Assembly: GCA_020891255.1 (NCBI GenBank)
Contig: BQFW01000013.1
Location: 1,116,001-1,180,000 of the forward strand
DNA: 64,000 bases
Origin: Entomortierella parvispora E1425
Lineage: Eukaryota > Fungi > Mortierellomycota
Reading direction: 5' to 3'
The position numbers and the translations under genes are program-made. The notes under the pieces were generated by a model that saw nothing but the letters and a program-made list of their open reading frames with translations, had not been told where the DNA came from and searched no databases. Positions within the stretch are counted from its first letter, which is position 1. The number at the start of each line of letters is the position of its first letter. Below, piece by piece: positions 47,906 through 61,861 of the stretch.

Positions 47906-50234
47906 ATGAGCGTCACCAGCGAAGAAATCAACTACCTGATCTTTCGCTACCTGCAAGAGTCGGGTAAGATGCGCCAATGACTCGAGATTCTGCCCAGCCC
48001 GACTGCAGCCTATTAAAACCATATTATCTTGAATGATATTTGTCCTTGCCGCATAGGCTTTGTGCATACAGGCTTTGCCTTCCAGAACGAATCGCATATC
48101 CACCGGTCTGAATACCGAAACGCCAATGTCCAACCGGGCGCTCTAGTCAATGTCCTTCAAAAAGGGTTGCTTTACATGGATCTTGAGTTGCATGTCAACG
48201 AAGTAATAATCGCTCCAGGAAGAAAATCGACTTTTGGATACTTCAAGCTTGATGTCCATAGAGGACTAACTTGCTTTTTGTTGACTTTGCTTTTAGGACG
48301 GATCTGAGAGAGAGTGCACTGGACCTGTAGCACTTATTGGTCCTCACCGGTGCGATAAGCAAGCTAAAAAGCCAAAGCGGGAGGAAGTTGTGAACAGAGG
48401 AAGCAAGCGTGATCGCAAGGACTCAAAGAGGGCACAGAAGCAACAACAGGATCGGGAGAAACGGGCAAGGACAGAGGCGGATGAAGAAGAAAAAGATGAT
48501 AATATGATGGACACTGACCAAGTAGAGGACGTCTCTGTCGTTGGCACACGTATGTTTACCTAGCTTTTCATGTTGAAGCAGAAGCGATCGAGTTCGGGAC
48601 ATGGCAACGAAGGAATCAGAGCTTGCAACTGATGGACGTTTTTGACATCTATTCATCTTTTAGCCGCAGAATCGGCAGACCTGGCTGAAGTCAAAGTTAT
48701 ACCCGCAAGCGACGCTATTACTTTGAAGGGCCATGCTGCCGACGTTTTTGTTTGTTCATGGAACCCAACATCGCCATCACTACTGGCATCAGGGTACAGA
48801 AAATCGACAGGGATTTTATGAATAGGATCAGTTCAATTGCAGTGGGCGAACGACAATTAATTTTTTTTTATAATCAACATGGATTTAGGTCTGGAGACGC
48901 CACGGCACGTATTTGGCAAATACCTACAAACGCCGACGAGCCGCTACAGGACCCTATCGTTCTGAAGCACTTGCCAGCGTTGACCAACGCTAACAGGGAC
49001 GTCACCACAATGGACTGGAACGTAAGTTGACAGAAAGCTGAAAGAAGATTTTTGATTTTTTGGCGGTCGTGTGGTTTACTCACATACTATGTTTTTGATG
49101 AACTTGCAAAACAGTCCTCGGGAACGCTTCTCGCCACTGGATTTTATGATGGGCAGGCCCGTATTTGGACCCAGCGTGGACAGTTGAGATACCTGATGAG
49201 CCAACATCGGGGACCCATTTTTGCGTTGAAGTGGAACAAGAAGGGCAACTATATTCTGACAGGAAGTTTGGACCATACCACGATTGTATGGGATGCAGTA
49301 ACAGGAGACGCCAAGCAACAACACGAGTTCCACACAGGCGCGGTATTGGATGTGGACTGGCTGGACAATACTACATTTGCAACCTCATCCTCCGATGGCA
49401 AGGTCTATGTTTGTAAAGTCGGAAGCACAGAGCCTCTGAGGGTATTTGAGGGGCATAAGGATGAAGTGAATGCAATTCGATGGGACCCTCTCGGTGAGTT
49501 GCTTGCTTCATGCTCGGATGATAAAACAGCCAAGGTAAGCATGAATCCTCATATCACAGGAGTGAGTAGCAACATGTCAATATTTTCTAAAACATACTAC
49601 TATCTCTGTAGATCTGGAGCATGTCACAGAAGGATTGTATTTTCGACCTTACAGCACATTCAGAGGCAGTGTATGATATGACATGGGCACCCAGGGAGGC
49701 ATCTTCTAAAGACCCAAGGATTCTTGCAACGGCGTCGTTCGATACTTCTGTTAGACTGTGGGATGCTAACAATGGAGAGTGCTTGCGGGTACTCTCAAGG
49801 CACATCGAAGCCGTTTACACGGTTGCTTTCAACCCATCTGGAACTCATCTTGCAACAGGATCACCGGATCATACTATTAATATTTGGAGAGTCCAGGTAT
49901 GAGAGTCAACGTCGATGCGCAGAGCAATAGATCCGTTCCCATGTGTCCATGTGGGCGAATGAAAACTAACCCATTGTCTATTATCCTTATTCAACCTCTA
50001 GGATGGAGCGTTGGTCAAGACATATCAGGGAGAGGGCGGTATCTTTGAAGTGGACTGGAACAGTACGGGCGATAAACTGGCAGCCTGTGTTGCCAACGGA
50101 ACGGTAAGCCATTTGCATTGCGAGTCATTGGTTTTGCTATCACTTGCTACGTAGGCTTAAAGCTGGTTTCTAACTTTTTCATTGTCTTTCCCCCTTCCTC
50201 TCTTTAGCTGGTAGTCGCCCATGTCAAGCTGTAA
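47906..50234 (+). CDS. LisH + WD40 protein, TBL1/Sif2 family, multi-exon
   Basis: [40 protein letters not shown] and WD repeats ([30 protein letters not shown]). Confidence 0.92.
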
Positions 50235-50469
50235 TCAATCATAGGAATTATTATGTTACCCTACTCTCAATACATGACACTCCCACTTTACTTGCACTAC
50301 GTTCATTTTGTTGAATTTTGAACGCGTTTCGACGTCGCGAAACATCGTGACTGCCAAACATCACGACCCAAAAAACATCCCATTTGTTCTGCATGCGAGC
50401 TGGGGGGCATTTCTTCTTTCTCATTTAAAGACCAACCCATCGCTCTTCTTTTTGTTCATTTACTACACG

Positions 50470-52164
50470 ATGGAAGACCAAGGCAGCTCATTATACCAGA
50501 CCGAGGAAGAGCAGCAACAGCAAGAGCTCTTTGTATATGATGGACCGATCGATCCTGCCACCGAAAGCGCGATTCAGGAACTGAACGATGCCGGCGCAAA
50601 AGCCTTTGCCCTCCAAGACTATGAGCTCGCTGTCGAGAAGTTTGGATTGGCTTCCGAGATGATGTAAGAAAGGAGAACAAAGATGAAAACGGCTTAGTTC
50701 ATTCGCCCTTGCCTTACGCCTTCTTGACTGGGGAGGAGTGAGAATTGACTGGATCAACTGGAATATTTATATTCTATTTTTTTTTCTCCCCTTCTTTTCT
50801 ATTAGGGGCCAAGTCTACGGAGAGACAAACCCCAAATGTGCTGATGTCCTGTTCCAGTACGGAAAGGCTCTGTTGGAGCATGCGATCCAGCAGAGTTCTG
50901 TCCTCGGAGGTGCCACAGAGAAAAAGTCTCAGGAAGAGTTGGAGGCTGTGGTCGCAGCTGCTACCGGTATCACCCCTGGAAGTTCATGTAAGAATCAAGG
51001 GGGGAGAACATACGATGATTGAAAGACAATTGCCTTTTTTTTTCATAATGTCAAATCAGTGGTAAGAGAAAAAGGGAGGAGAGCAACGTCTGACAGCCAG
51101 TTATATACATTTTATAGCCTCATCGTCTGCTCCCAGCAACCCTCGATTCCATTTCGAAGGCGACGATGATGATGACGAGGACGAGGAAGAAGTGGATGCC
51201 GAGGAAGGAGAGCAAGGGGGCGCTTCCTCGGGTGCTGCTGAAGGAGGAGAGGAGGATCAGGATGATTTTGCTGTCGCTTGGGATGTTTTGGATCTGGCCC
51301 GTGTTCTTTATCACCGTCAGGGAACCGAGGAGGCTCTTTTGAAGTTGGGAGATGTTCACATTGCCTTGGGTGATGTTTCGCTCGAGTCCGAGAACTTTGA
51401 GCAGGCCGTGGCCGATTTCAAGGAGGCATTGAAGATCAAGGAGGCTCGTTTGGAGGCTGAGGATCGTGAATTGGCCGAGGCCCATTACAAGCTGGCATTG
51501 GCATTGGAGTATTCGCCCACAGAGTCGGAGAAGGCCCAGGAGCATATTCACAAAGCCGCGACCGTGTTGAGAGCCAGGATTGACAAGTTGAACGGAATCT
51601 TGGCCTCTTATGGCAAGGGCAAGGGCAAGGCCTCGGAAGCCTCGGAGAGCGAGAACAAGATGGCAAAGGAGCTGCTTGAGTTGCACGAGCTCGTGGGAGA
51701 GATGGACCAGAAGGTAGAGGCGCTGACTCTTTTCACGAAGACATAGGATTCGGGTGTCTGCCTTTTCTCTTTCGTTTCTCTGTTTCTGACATTTTATTCT
51801 TTGTTCCCCGATTTTTTTTTTTTTTTTTTTTTTGGGCAACTAGGTGCAAGATTTGATCACCAACATGAACAACAAGCAGCCTGTCGAGGGTCAGACTCAC
51901 ATTGCCATGTTGACCGAGATGTTGGGACAAAAGAAGGCGCAGGTCGTGAACGATATTAGCGGCTTGATTGTCAAGTCAAAGTCTTCAGGTTCCGGAGCAG
52001 GATCAGGATCTGGCTCTTCTTCTACTGCCAATGCCGCAGGATCCTCAGCAGTAACACCTAAAGCGGAAGAGGAGGCTGATGATGGAAAGAAGCGCAAGGC
52101 AGAAGAGCCTGCTGGCGAAGCCTTGAAGAGCGAGGAGGATGCGGACAAGAAAGTCAAGTTGTAA
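50470..52164 (+). CDS. Histone chaperone NASP/Hif1/Sim3 (SHNi-TPR), multi-exon
   Basis: YGKALLEHAIQQSSVLG, DDFAVAWDVLDLARV, LGDVSLESENFEQAVADF and LAEAHYKLALALE; basic C-terminal NLS-like tail. Confidence 0.9.
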
Positions 52165-52279
52165 AAGGGTAGAATACACCATTATTTAGCGAGCAGTGCA
52201 ATCTTTGTTTATTGAGGTTTGTAATAGCAACATAAAAAATAAAAAAAAAAAGGTGGTCATGTAGATGATGAGATACATC

Positions 52280-55200
52280 TTAGATGGCAGAGGCAGCTGC
52301 CGCCTTGGAAGTAGAGGAAGTGCTCCCATCAGCGCTTGGGTTTGCACTCAAGGTTGAGCGTTTCAAGTAGTCGCGGAAGAATTGAACCTCTGCGGCGATT
52401 TGGCTCACTTCCATCTGGAACTTTTCCTGAGGCAAGAGTAAAAGGTCGTTATCAGTTTTCTTGGTAGTCTTGATACCGTTGCTGGACGGGCGTAACATAT
52501 AGCCCTCGCTTGTCGAAGTTGGAGCAGCCGCAGAGGCAGTGGCAGAGGCATCCCTGGTGATAGCAGGACGTGCAGGACCAACATCTGCAGCAGAGTCGTC
52601 TGATTCCAAAGAGTCAGCCTCTAATAAATCCTCGTCTGAGGACTCTGTCTGAAGGTCTGTGATGGTAGATCTCCTGATCTTGATAGGTCCTGAAGTTGCC
52701 GTGGGTTTTTCTCTGGTCAATTGACCAATGTGCAGAGCTTGACGTCGCCTGTCTGTCTGGGAGGAGGGCAGGGAGGACATGGGAGAAGTGTTGGTAGGCG
52801 CTGCCACAGTAACCACTTTGTGCTCATGGTATCGATGCCGCGTACATTTTTGTCCATTGGCTCCACCATCACAGCAAACAGTGCATCGGCGGGGGTCATG
52901 GTTCTTGAGCAAAGACAGGATCCTGGGCAGATTGATGGCAATCTTTTTCTGAGGTCCATTCTATTGGAAGAAAAGAATGAAAGGGTCTTAATGGTCTGGA
53001 TTTAATTCAGGCGACATTATTTCTGGAAAAAAAAATACATGGCAATCAAAAACTTACTGACAACGCGAGCGATTGGTCTCCGCGCGACTCTTCAGCGTTA
53101 TCGTCCAACCGTGTCTCCTGGCCACGGACACTTGATAACAGGGATCGGGCAGTCGTGAGAGCCTGCCGCTGAGGATATTCCTCCGGCAACGTTCTGGCCA
53201 GTGGCGATCTGGATTTATAATCCCGTCGAACATGCGGTCCATCCATCACCACAGGTGCATGCTTCTCTCTAGAGGACGAAGCAGAAGAGCGAGCCGTGTG
53301 AACGCCATCGGAGCCTTCCGTATAAGATCCCCGTCTTGACGAGCGAAATCCTGTGCCAAGATGAACACGGTGGACCTCTGCTGAGTATTCTAAACGATCG
53401 TGCTCTTCCAGTGCTTCTCCAACTCGGTCCAGTCGCATGCCCAAGCTTGGTTTCCGAGAGCCGAGCGCTGTTTGTCCCGTAGGAGAGTTTGACTTTGAGT
53501 GAATACCCAGGAGCTCCAGGATTTCCTCGTCCTCATAGTGGACATGGTGGTGAACATGCACCTCCTCCACCTGCCCAGATTTACTCCGCAAGCTCCTCGA
53601 TGCGGAGCTCTTTTTGCCCGATTTTATCTTTTCGGACGCGTCTTCTGAAGTCCTGACAGAGTGCCTGTGTAATGTTCGATCCGTATAGTTATCCCTTGAT
53701 GTTTTCTTTGCCAGAGACGATGCCTTTTCGGTGGTGATGACGCCTCGAGGGCGATTGACTCCACTGCCGCCACCGCTTCGTCCAACATACCGCACAGTAG
53801 CGCCCAGATCCTCTTCTTGGTCATCTTTGTCCTGCGCAGGTTCACTTTCACTTTCACTTTCGCTGCTGCTGCTCTCGTCCTCATCCTCGTCCTCGTCCTC
53901 ATCCTCAGAATCCGATTCCAAGAGAAGCAACAAATCCGCGCCTTCCTCTGCTTCGAGCATATTCCGCTTCCGAATCTCTTCCCTTTGCTGTTCAAGGGCA
54001 TTGATCTGTTTCTGAAGTTTGGCCACATAACTCTCGACCAGATCCTTTTCCTTGCCAATGACAGCGGCTCGGGCTTCAGTTTCCTGTTGTTCCAGGAGGA
54101 TGGCATTTTGTTGATCCATCGTTTTGGCATTTTTGCTATGTGGGGTCGATTTCTGACTTTTTCTCAAGCCCTCATTCTGGCTCGCGGCGGCATGGGTGGA
54201 TCGAGACTTTGCAAGTTTCTCCTTTGCTTTCCGAGTGCGCTCTAGCTCCCTTTTTGACTGTTTGAGATCCTTTTGCAGATTCTTGATCGTGCTCTGGTAA
54301 TCTCTCTTTTCCCTCTTGAGTCCACGGATGATACCCTTTAAGGTTCCTAGGAGAGAGGCCACAGCTACAAGTAAAGAATTAAAAACGTAAGTCGAGGAAC
54401 AAAGTCAAGTTGTGAAGATGGCCCTTGTAACGCTCTCTCAAACAGGGAATCCGTATCTCAATCTTACCTTGTCCTTCTCCTAGGGATCCAGCAAGATCAA
54501 TGAATCGATCTTCAGCTTCTTTGGCAATGTTCATTCGTGCCAAATCTGTCGCCACCGCCAATGAAGGAAGGTGATTTCTTATCGCGCCATCATTGACACC
54601 TCTTCCTCTTTTCTGTTCCATTCCAGCTTCTTCGGCTTCAAATCCAAAGTGTGTGGGGGATGCAAGATCTTCAAGAGCTAGTCCTCGTCCGTGATCTAGC
54701 TTCCGGACATTGGGCGTTGCGGTTCCACCCCTCCCCGCTCCAGAGTCCTGTCGTTGCTCCTGATTCAAAGACTGGCCGGCTGACTGACCTAGCTCCCGCT
54801 TGGCGCGAGCGCGAGCCACTTCTCTTTCGAATGAAATCTCGCCACTATCATCTGCAGCCAAACTCTGCTCCTGCTCAGGATTGTTTTCCTGTCGAGAAGT
54901 CGCTGGTTTCGAGAGTTCGGTATTTTTGGGAACTAAAGACGATGACGGGAGGATAGGCCGAGAATGAGAAGGGGCAAGTGTAACGATAGCAGAAGGCGTT
55001 GGTCTGGGCGTAGTCATAGAAACTGAAACACCCGTGGGGGTCGGTGTCCCTGAATCCCTCGTGTCGGTCGTATTATTCATGTCCCTGCCATCCTTGCTTG
55101 CATCACCCTGACTGAGATCGTTGTCGAGGTCTTCTGTCTGCGAAAACTCGGAGGGTGAATAGGAGGAATGGTATAAATCGCGCGCTCGCCTCTCGGAGGG

Positions 55201-56423
55201 TGGCGACCGATGTAAGATATCTTGACGCAATCCCGCATTCTTGATAGGTTTAGCGGTAGTAGAAGTAGTGGTAGTTGTGGTAGTGTGGCTTGTTGGTCCA
55301 AATGAAGACGCTGTTACAGGGGTATATTGTTTTTTTTGTTGGCTCCTGGCCTTCTGTTCCTGATTCGTTGGTCCAGATATCTAACAACATCATTTCGATT
55401 GTTTTATGTTAGAGCATTGGAAAAGAACCCTTTTTAAATGGCTGGGGCTAACCGAGAATGCTTTTTGGATCACGTCTGTACCTGAATAGCTGCGTCTAGC
55501 TTCTCTCTGAACTGCTTTTCCAGAAGTGAATGATCCATGGAGAGATCCGTGACCACGCTGTCCTCCTGTGCTGGTCGCCGAGTATTATAGCTGGAGGGTC
55601 CTACCCGTTGAGAAGGATTCCAAAAGGCGCTGCCAGCTCGATTCGCCTCGCTTGCTTTTCGAAGTCGTTCGTGTTGTGCCATGACTTCTGGTGAGAGTCG
55701 CGGATCAAATTCCTGTCCAGGTGACAGGCCCCTTCGGGGATCATCCGGGTTGCTGTTAATGGATCGACGCATCTCTGAGATTTGGTCCCTCAGTTCCTTT
55801 CTATCCAGAATATCCCTTATTGTCAAAGGATCACTCCGGGGCAGTTGTTGCTGTTGACGAAGATTATCTTCTCTGGAGGATCCCTGTTCATGTATCCGTC
55901 TATCCTGGCTGTAAAGGTAGTTTGGCTGGTACTCTTTGTTGGATTCTTGATGGGAGGACGGCTGTCCTCTGAAGGGAAGAGAGCTGTCTTGTTGTGTCCT
56001 GTCTTGATTCCGAGACGACCTTGTGTTGTGGGACCCAAAGGCAGAAAGCGTGGACATTGCTGAAGGGACCCGTTGTCGCGAATGATTCATCATCAGATTA
56101 TTGGACTGAACACCACCACCGACGCCACCTCCATTGCTAGCTTTGTCTGTGGCATAGTTTCGATTCCTGACATAAGCAGGGGGCTCTTGGGATGGGAGAT
56201 GTGTGGTTCTTGATGAGGTCTTTTCTGTGAAGGAAGGAATGGGTTTGCTCGAGATCTTTCTCTTTGGCCTGGAGACGTGGGTCGCAGCGGATGAAGAAGA
56301 GGAGGCGTGCAAGAGATGAAGCTGATGCTGATGGGGTCCCTGTCCTTGTTCCTGTGGATGGGCCAATCCCAGGCCAGGGACTGTACCTGGTCTGCGGTTG
56401 ATCCCACTGGAGGGAGCGAACAT
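52280..56423 (-). CDS. Large low-complexity/coiled-coil protein, multi-exon; weakly reminiscent of Cep57/Ppc89-type centrosome proteins
   Basis: Four long co-oriented ORF blocks are bounded by splice signals. Coiled-coil segments and an HDPRRCTVC motif are present. Family assignment is tentative. Confidence 0.55.
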
Positions 56424-56709
56424 GAGGTCAGAGGAAGAGAGAAGAGGGGTGGATGACAGCAACAGACAAGAAAAAAGGCGAAAGAGGAAGAAGAAGAAGA
56501 AGAAGAAGACAACAACAAAGTGCTGTGCCCAGAGAGAGAGAAGAAAAGTGAGAAGGGAAAGGCACAACAGACAACAAAGCATGGAACACACAACACACAC
56601 TCAAGAATCACGATTCGAGACCCGCCTGCACTCACAAACACCACACACGCACACGCGCACCGCGTCGTCGTGTCTGTTCAGTGTCTCAGAAGGGGTCCTT
56701 TTTTGGCTC

Positions 56710-56740
<31 letters not shown>

Positions 56741-57174
56741 GTGCTGACAGGCAGACAGACAGGACCGAGAGAGCAAAGAAGAAGAAACAAGACCGACCGA
56801 CAGGGATCGATCCTCAGTCCGAAGGAAGGGATGGGTGGAGAAAGGGACCGATGCACACCACACCGCGTTGCTGCCTCTCCTTCTCTCCTTCTTGTCTTTC
56901 GCCACCCTTTTCCTCGTTGCCCTTTGGACTCGTTGACTCTTTGCGCACACTCTCGCACCTTCACGCCTTTGCGCCCTTCTTTCCTTTCTTCACACACAGA
57001 GTCCCCCATTTTGTTCTCACACTCACACAAATAGCCCATCGGATCAGCGGCGACCAAAAAGGAAATCGCCCTTCCGATCCTTTCCTCACTCTCTTTACCT
57101 CTCTCTTTCCTTCCTTCCTTCCTTCCATTCCTTCACTGTCTTCACTCTCTTCACTTTCTTCTCATTCAAAATTG

Positions 57175-57210
57175 CATTCTCATTCTCATTCTCATTCTCA
57201 TTCTCATTCT
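57175..57210. repeat. (CATTCT)6 in a pyrimidine-rich divergent promoter/5' UTR region
   Basis: Six exact hexamer copies with surrounding CT-rich runs. Confidence 0.9.
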
Positions 57211-57354
57211 CTCTTGTTTCATTCTCCTGCTCTCTCTCTCTACTGCTTCTCTTTCTTCTCTTTCTATCTTTTACTTTCACGCACATACTCCTTCCTTCCT
57301 CCCTCCCTTACTTCATACTCTCGCTCCTGACAAACTCAAACTCCTTCGACAACC

Positions 57355-59715
57355 ATGCTGGGCAGGAACGCTGCACGTCCCTTTGGCATGACCCCCTCCC
57401 GACTCGTCGCTGCCTACAGCACCGCAGCCTCGCACCGGGTTGCCCACTGGATCCTGTCAAAGCCCTATGCCATGGTGCACATGCAGCGCTACCTCTTCAA
57501 CAACGCGAACCACCTCCTCACCTCCGCACCGACTTCGCCCTCTGGAATTGTGACTCCGACCCTGGTCTCCCTTGACAGTTGCTCACTCCACACCTCGGCC
57601 ATCCAGCCTTCGCCCTCACCTACCCCGCCATCCTTGACCCCTTCCCCCTCACCATCTGCATCATCACCAGCAGCCACAGCCGCCTCAGCCGCTGCAGCTG
57701 CTACCGCGGCTCAGACCGTTGTTCCCTTTCCAGACGATATTTTTTATCCGTTCCCAGGCGAAAATAAGGGCTATTCATCAGGAGCCGAGGATATTGCGGC
57801 TGCTTCAAAGGATATAGCCTCTACAACGGCTCAATCCGTGGCGTCCAAGAATGCCGTCGCATTCAACTATCTTTTAGCAGCTAGTTGGCATCCTAAATCA
57901 CGGCACAGAGCAAAGGCGCGACAACAGACTCCCCTGGCTAGTGCTATCAACAATAGCGAGAAGGGTCTGGGAAACGGCCATACGCTTCGCTTTGCAGACA
58001 TGCGGGATCGGCCGTTTCCAGGAAAAGTCGACGCAGGAGAGGACGCCTTCTTTCACATCTCAACCCCAAGACGGGTGGCCCTGGGGGTCGCAGATGGTGT
58101 CGGCGGTTGGTCTGAGGTGCGTTGTTGTTGTCATTGTTTGGATATTCTATTTTGGCTGAATTTTGTTGTACTTTTTTCATTTCAAATCATTGGGACACGG
58201 ACTCCTCAGTCGTGAGGCGAAGACGGGACTGGAGGGCTGGATTGACTGGATTGGCTGGACAAACGCCACTGGTTGGACAGACATGTTTGGTTGCGAAAAA
58301 ATGCAAGGATCAAGGCGAGAGGGCTTTTGCCCATAAATGGCTGTGCCGATAGTGTCGCGCTGGCTCGTTCGCTTTTGCATGCGCATCGCAATCAACTGCC
58401 TTTGGACTATAGAAAAAGGACAATATGGGCAAGTGCCCATCACGGATGATGCGAATACAGCTTCCGGACAAAGAGAGGAATTAAATTGAGCTGCTCAAAG
58501 GACCAAAGGAAGCCATTCGCTCTCAATTCATTTTTGGACGACATGAGCTTGCAGATCCGATCGGTTGTCCTTTACGCAGAGCGGTATATTGATGGATATT
58601 TCCCTCCGTCCATTTTTTCTCTTCTCTTTTTATTATCAAAATAGTTGGGTGTTGACCCTGCATTGTTCAGCTGGGCTTTGATGAACAATGCCGAAAATGT
58701 GGCGAGGCTGACCGACACTGTGAGCCCGGAGGAGCAGCTGGCTGCTTCTTCGACCGCCACAGATAATGCCAGTGGACCTGTTCAAAAAGTTTTGGATGCC
58801 CAAACAATTCTAGATGGTGCCTACAGTGAGTTGGTGAACAGTGGCAAGATCGAAGCAGGTACACTAAAGGGACCTTTAAGGTCTATCCACAATTGGCCGT
58901 CGGTGTGAGAACCGTAAAAAAAATGACATGAGGATGACATGAGAACTTACACTACCCTGATTACTGCTATTTGATAGGGTCCAGCACGGCTTGCATCCTC
59001 TCGCTCTGCAAATCCACAGGAACATTACGGGCGTCCAATCTCGGCGACAGCTCATTCCTGTTGATTCGAGACAACCAATGTATCTACGAGTCACCTTCAC
59101 AACAACATTTCTGGAACTGCCCTTACCAACTGACTATTTTGCCACCAAAAGAGCGCCAGCAGGCTGGCGACGAATATAGTGGTGGCAGCAGTGGTAGCGA
59201 TCAAGACTCCACGTCTGCAGCGGACAAGAAGGGTAGCCGGAGTAGCGGCCCAGCAAAACGCAAGAAATATGTCCAAGATTTCCCGACGGATGCTGTGCAG
59301 ACATCACATCAGCTGCAGGATGGAGATGTGATTGTTTTGGCGACGGATGGATTTTGGGACAATGTGTTCACAAAGGAAGCTCTGGAGCTGGTCGACCGAG
59401 AATTAGGAGATATTATTCGGGAGAGCCACCAGGAGATTGAAATTTCTTCGAACGAGTTGATGGCAAAGGTGCAGGCCCTTTCAAAGAGATTGACCAACAC
59501 AGCTAGGAGGTTTTCGACCGATACCACACGTTTGACGCCGTTCAGTCAGGGAGCACGCCATCTCAGGACAGGCGGGTAAGAGCCTATGTACACTATGGGC
59601 ATTGACGCGTTTTTTCTTCTTTCAAATACTGACCTTCTCATTTCAACTCTTTTGATGATCTAGCAAAGTGGATGATATCACAGTGATCGTCACTCTTGTG
59701 CGCGAGGTCATATAG
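57355..59715 (+). CDS. PTC7: PP2C-family phosphatase PTC7 (mitochondrial type), multi-exon
   Basis: GEDAFF, GVADGVGGW, GVDPALFSWALM, GSSTACI, ASNLGDS, QQHFWNCPYQL, LATDGFWDN and GG-KVDDITVIV. Confidence 0.92.
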
Positions 59716-59884
59716 AGGTTCCGCCGGGCTTCTCTTCTCGCTCCTTTTTGTTTACCAATATAACCTACCTAATACCTTTTTTCCCGTCGATAAAATCCAA
59801 TTGATCTTTGGGGCATTGAAATAGAATACCCATTGAAAGAGCAGTATGTCTTGATCATCGAGCAAGTCTAGTGTTATCGTAGAC

Positions 59885-59918
<34 letters not shown>

Positions 59919-61861
59919 GGTTGTCAATTGGGATGAAAATGCCTCCAAAACATTGTGTTGCGCCTTCCATACTCCTCCATTGATTTAGAGGAAAACACGC
60001 ACCATCTATTCATCCAGCATACCACTTCCTACTTCGGTTTGCTGTCTTTCTTGTCTGTAATGTCTAAGGTAATTTCATCCACCTCCACCTTTTATGATCA
60101 CTGCATTTTTGTACAGGTGCTTCTTAGGCCGGCTAAGTCTTTGTCGGCATGTCTTAATTACGCAGAGGAACCTTTTTCTTCACTGCAATTTGACGATATC
60201 AGCGGGGTAGTTGACATGCCCGCGCAATTCCACCAATATTGAGTGGATGGGCTTCTGGATGCGGATACGTACAATATCGGTCACTGATTTGATTTTTGGC
60301 AAAATACAGGGACTTGTCCATTTCATAGCTTTGAGTGTTGTAGGTAGCGCTGGATCTGAACATTGTGCGATGTTGTTTCTGGGGTGCGCACGCAGGGTTA
60401 AGTGCGACTATTGAAGAGCCAAGGACACGAAAGCTAGAGTCTACGTTTTCTTCAGAAGGGGGCATGGATAGAGCGAAAGCGACGTTTCGCAGACCGACTT
60501 GCCGTGGAAGTGAAAGCTTTGCCAGACGTTGAGTGTCTATCGGAGACCATGGATCGGGCTCGACAAAACCCCCCTCTGACGTCGTCTGGTCTGCTTTTTT
60601 TTTTTTTTTTTTTTTTTTTGACTTTTTTCGGTTTCGCGTTGCTCTCAATTGTGATTCATTTCATTCTTTCCTCCATCTCCATCTTCCATTAGCACGTCGC
60701 ACGTCTTTACTCCTCTGCCTTCCCTATATACCCACTCACCTGCACATTCAACTCTTCTTCTACCTCCACCCTTACCCCACCTCCTTCTACCTTTAATAGC
60801 CCTGATGGTAATGCTTCTTGAGAAGACAACGAGAAATGGCGTTCATCCGCTCGGACCATTATCGCTCACTCTTTCTCTCCATTTGCCTCTGTTTCCTCTC
60901 TTTTTGTTTCTGTTTGCATTCCCACCTCCTTACCGAAACTTCTTCATGTAGACGACTGCACCCCCGGATCCTGTCTTTGAGGAGCTGGCCTCCATTCCCG
61001 GGCATGTCGCCTCATTCTCTGCAGATCTCGCCACTGGTCAACTTTTGAATGTATGACAGAATGACAGCATGTACAAAAAAAAAAAAAGGCACTCTGAAGT
61101 CCGCATGAATGTGAATCGACTTTATTTTAACAAGTTGGAACCCATGTCGTAGGCTAAAGGACCCATTAGTCAGGAGCAGGCAACAACGATTCAAAAGCTG
61201 ATGCAGGATGTTGGACAGTTGGTCTCGAGGTATTCGCATCACCCGAGTCCTGTCACCAGTTCTTCAACAGGCTCTTCAACACTCTTGTCAGCAGCAGCAG
61301 CAACAGGAGGACATCACCACGATGAAGATAGTCAAGTTCGGAAAGTTACAGGTAATGGATAGCGTCCCCTATCGTCTTTCTCCCCGAGGAAATAACAACC
61401 AGGACAAACGGCACTTTTTTTTCTGGGATGAGGAGTCCCCCTCCACCCCTGCACCATGTGGACAAGACCGATTGACAGGATCATCAAGGGAGAAATAACA
61501 TCACTAATGATTATTCATCTTTATTTCCACACAGTTCTGACAGAAGGATCGACACTGGCGTTGACGATGGCGGACAACAAGATTTATGGTATCGACAAGA
61601 AGGATTAGCGGCGGCAAATGGACACTCGAGCGGAGACTAGTCACCTGTGTTGGCAAAAATCGGGAATAATAAATGGGACCAAAGACTTTGGATCGGCTCC
61701 TTTTCAATGATCAATGGGCCATGGCCCCATGGGAATTTTATTGAGAAACAAAAAGTGGAGTGGAGAAGAGGAAGAAGAGGGGCGACAAGGAACAATTCGG
61801 AAACAAAAGAACCACCTTTTTTTTTTTTTTTTTTTTTTTTGGCACACAAGACTGTTTCTTT

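Noticed and set aside
56398-57330. 310-aa plus-strand ORF and overlapping ORFs
   Set aside because: Low-complexity GA/CT-rich promoter and UTR sequence lacking stops by composition.
59873-60220. Poly(T) tract with GACATGCC repeated about 330 bp away as a second retro-insertion
   Set aside because: Only 8 bp match, and many poly(T) runs were tested, so chance is likely.
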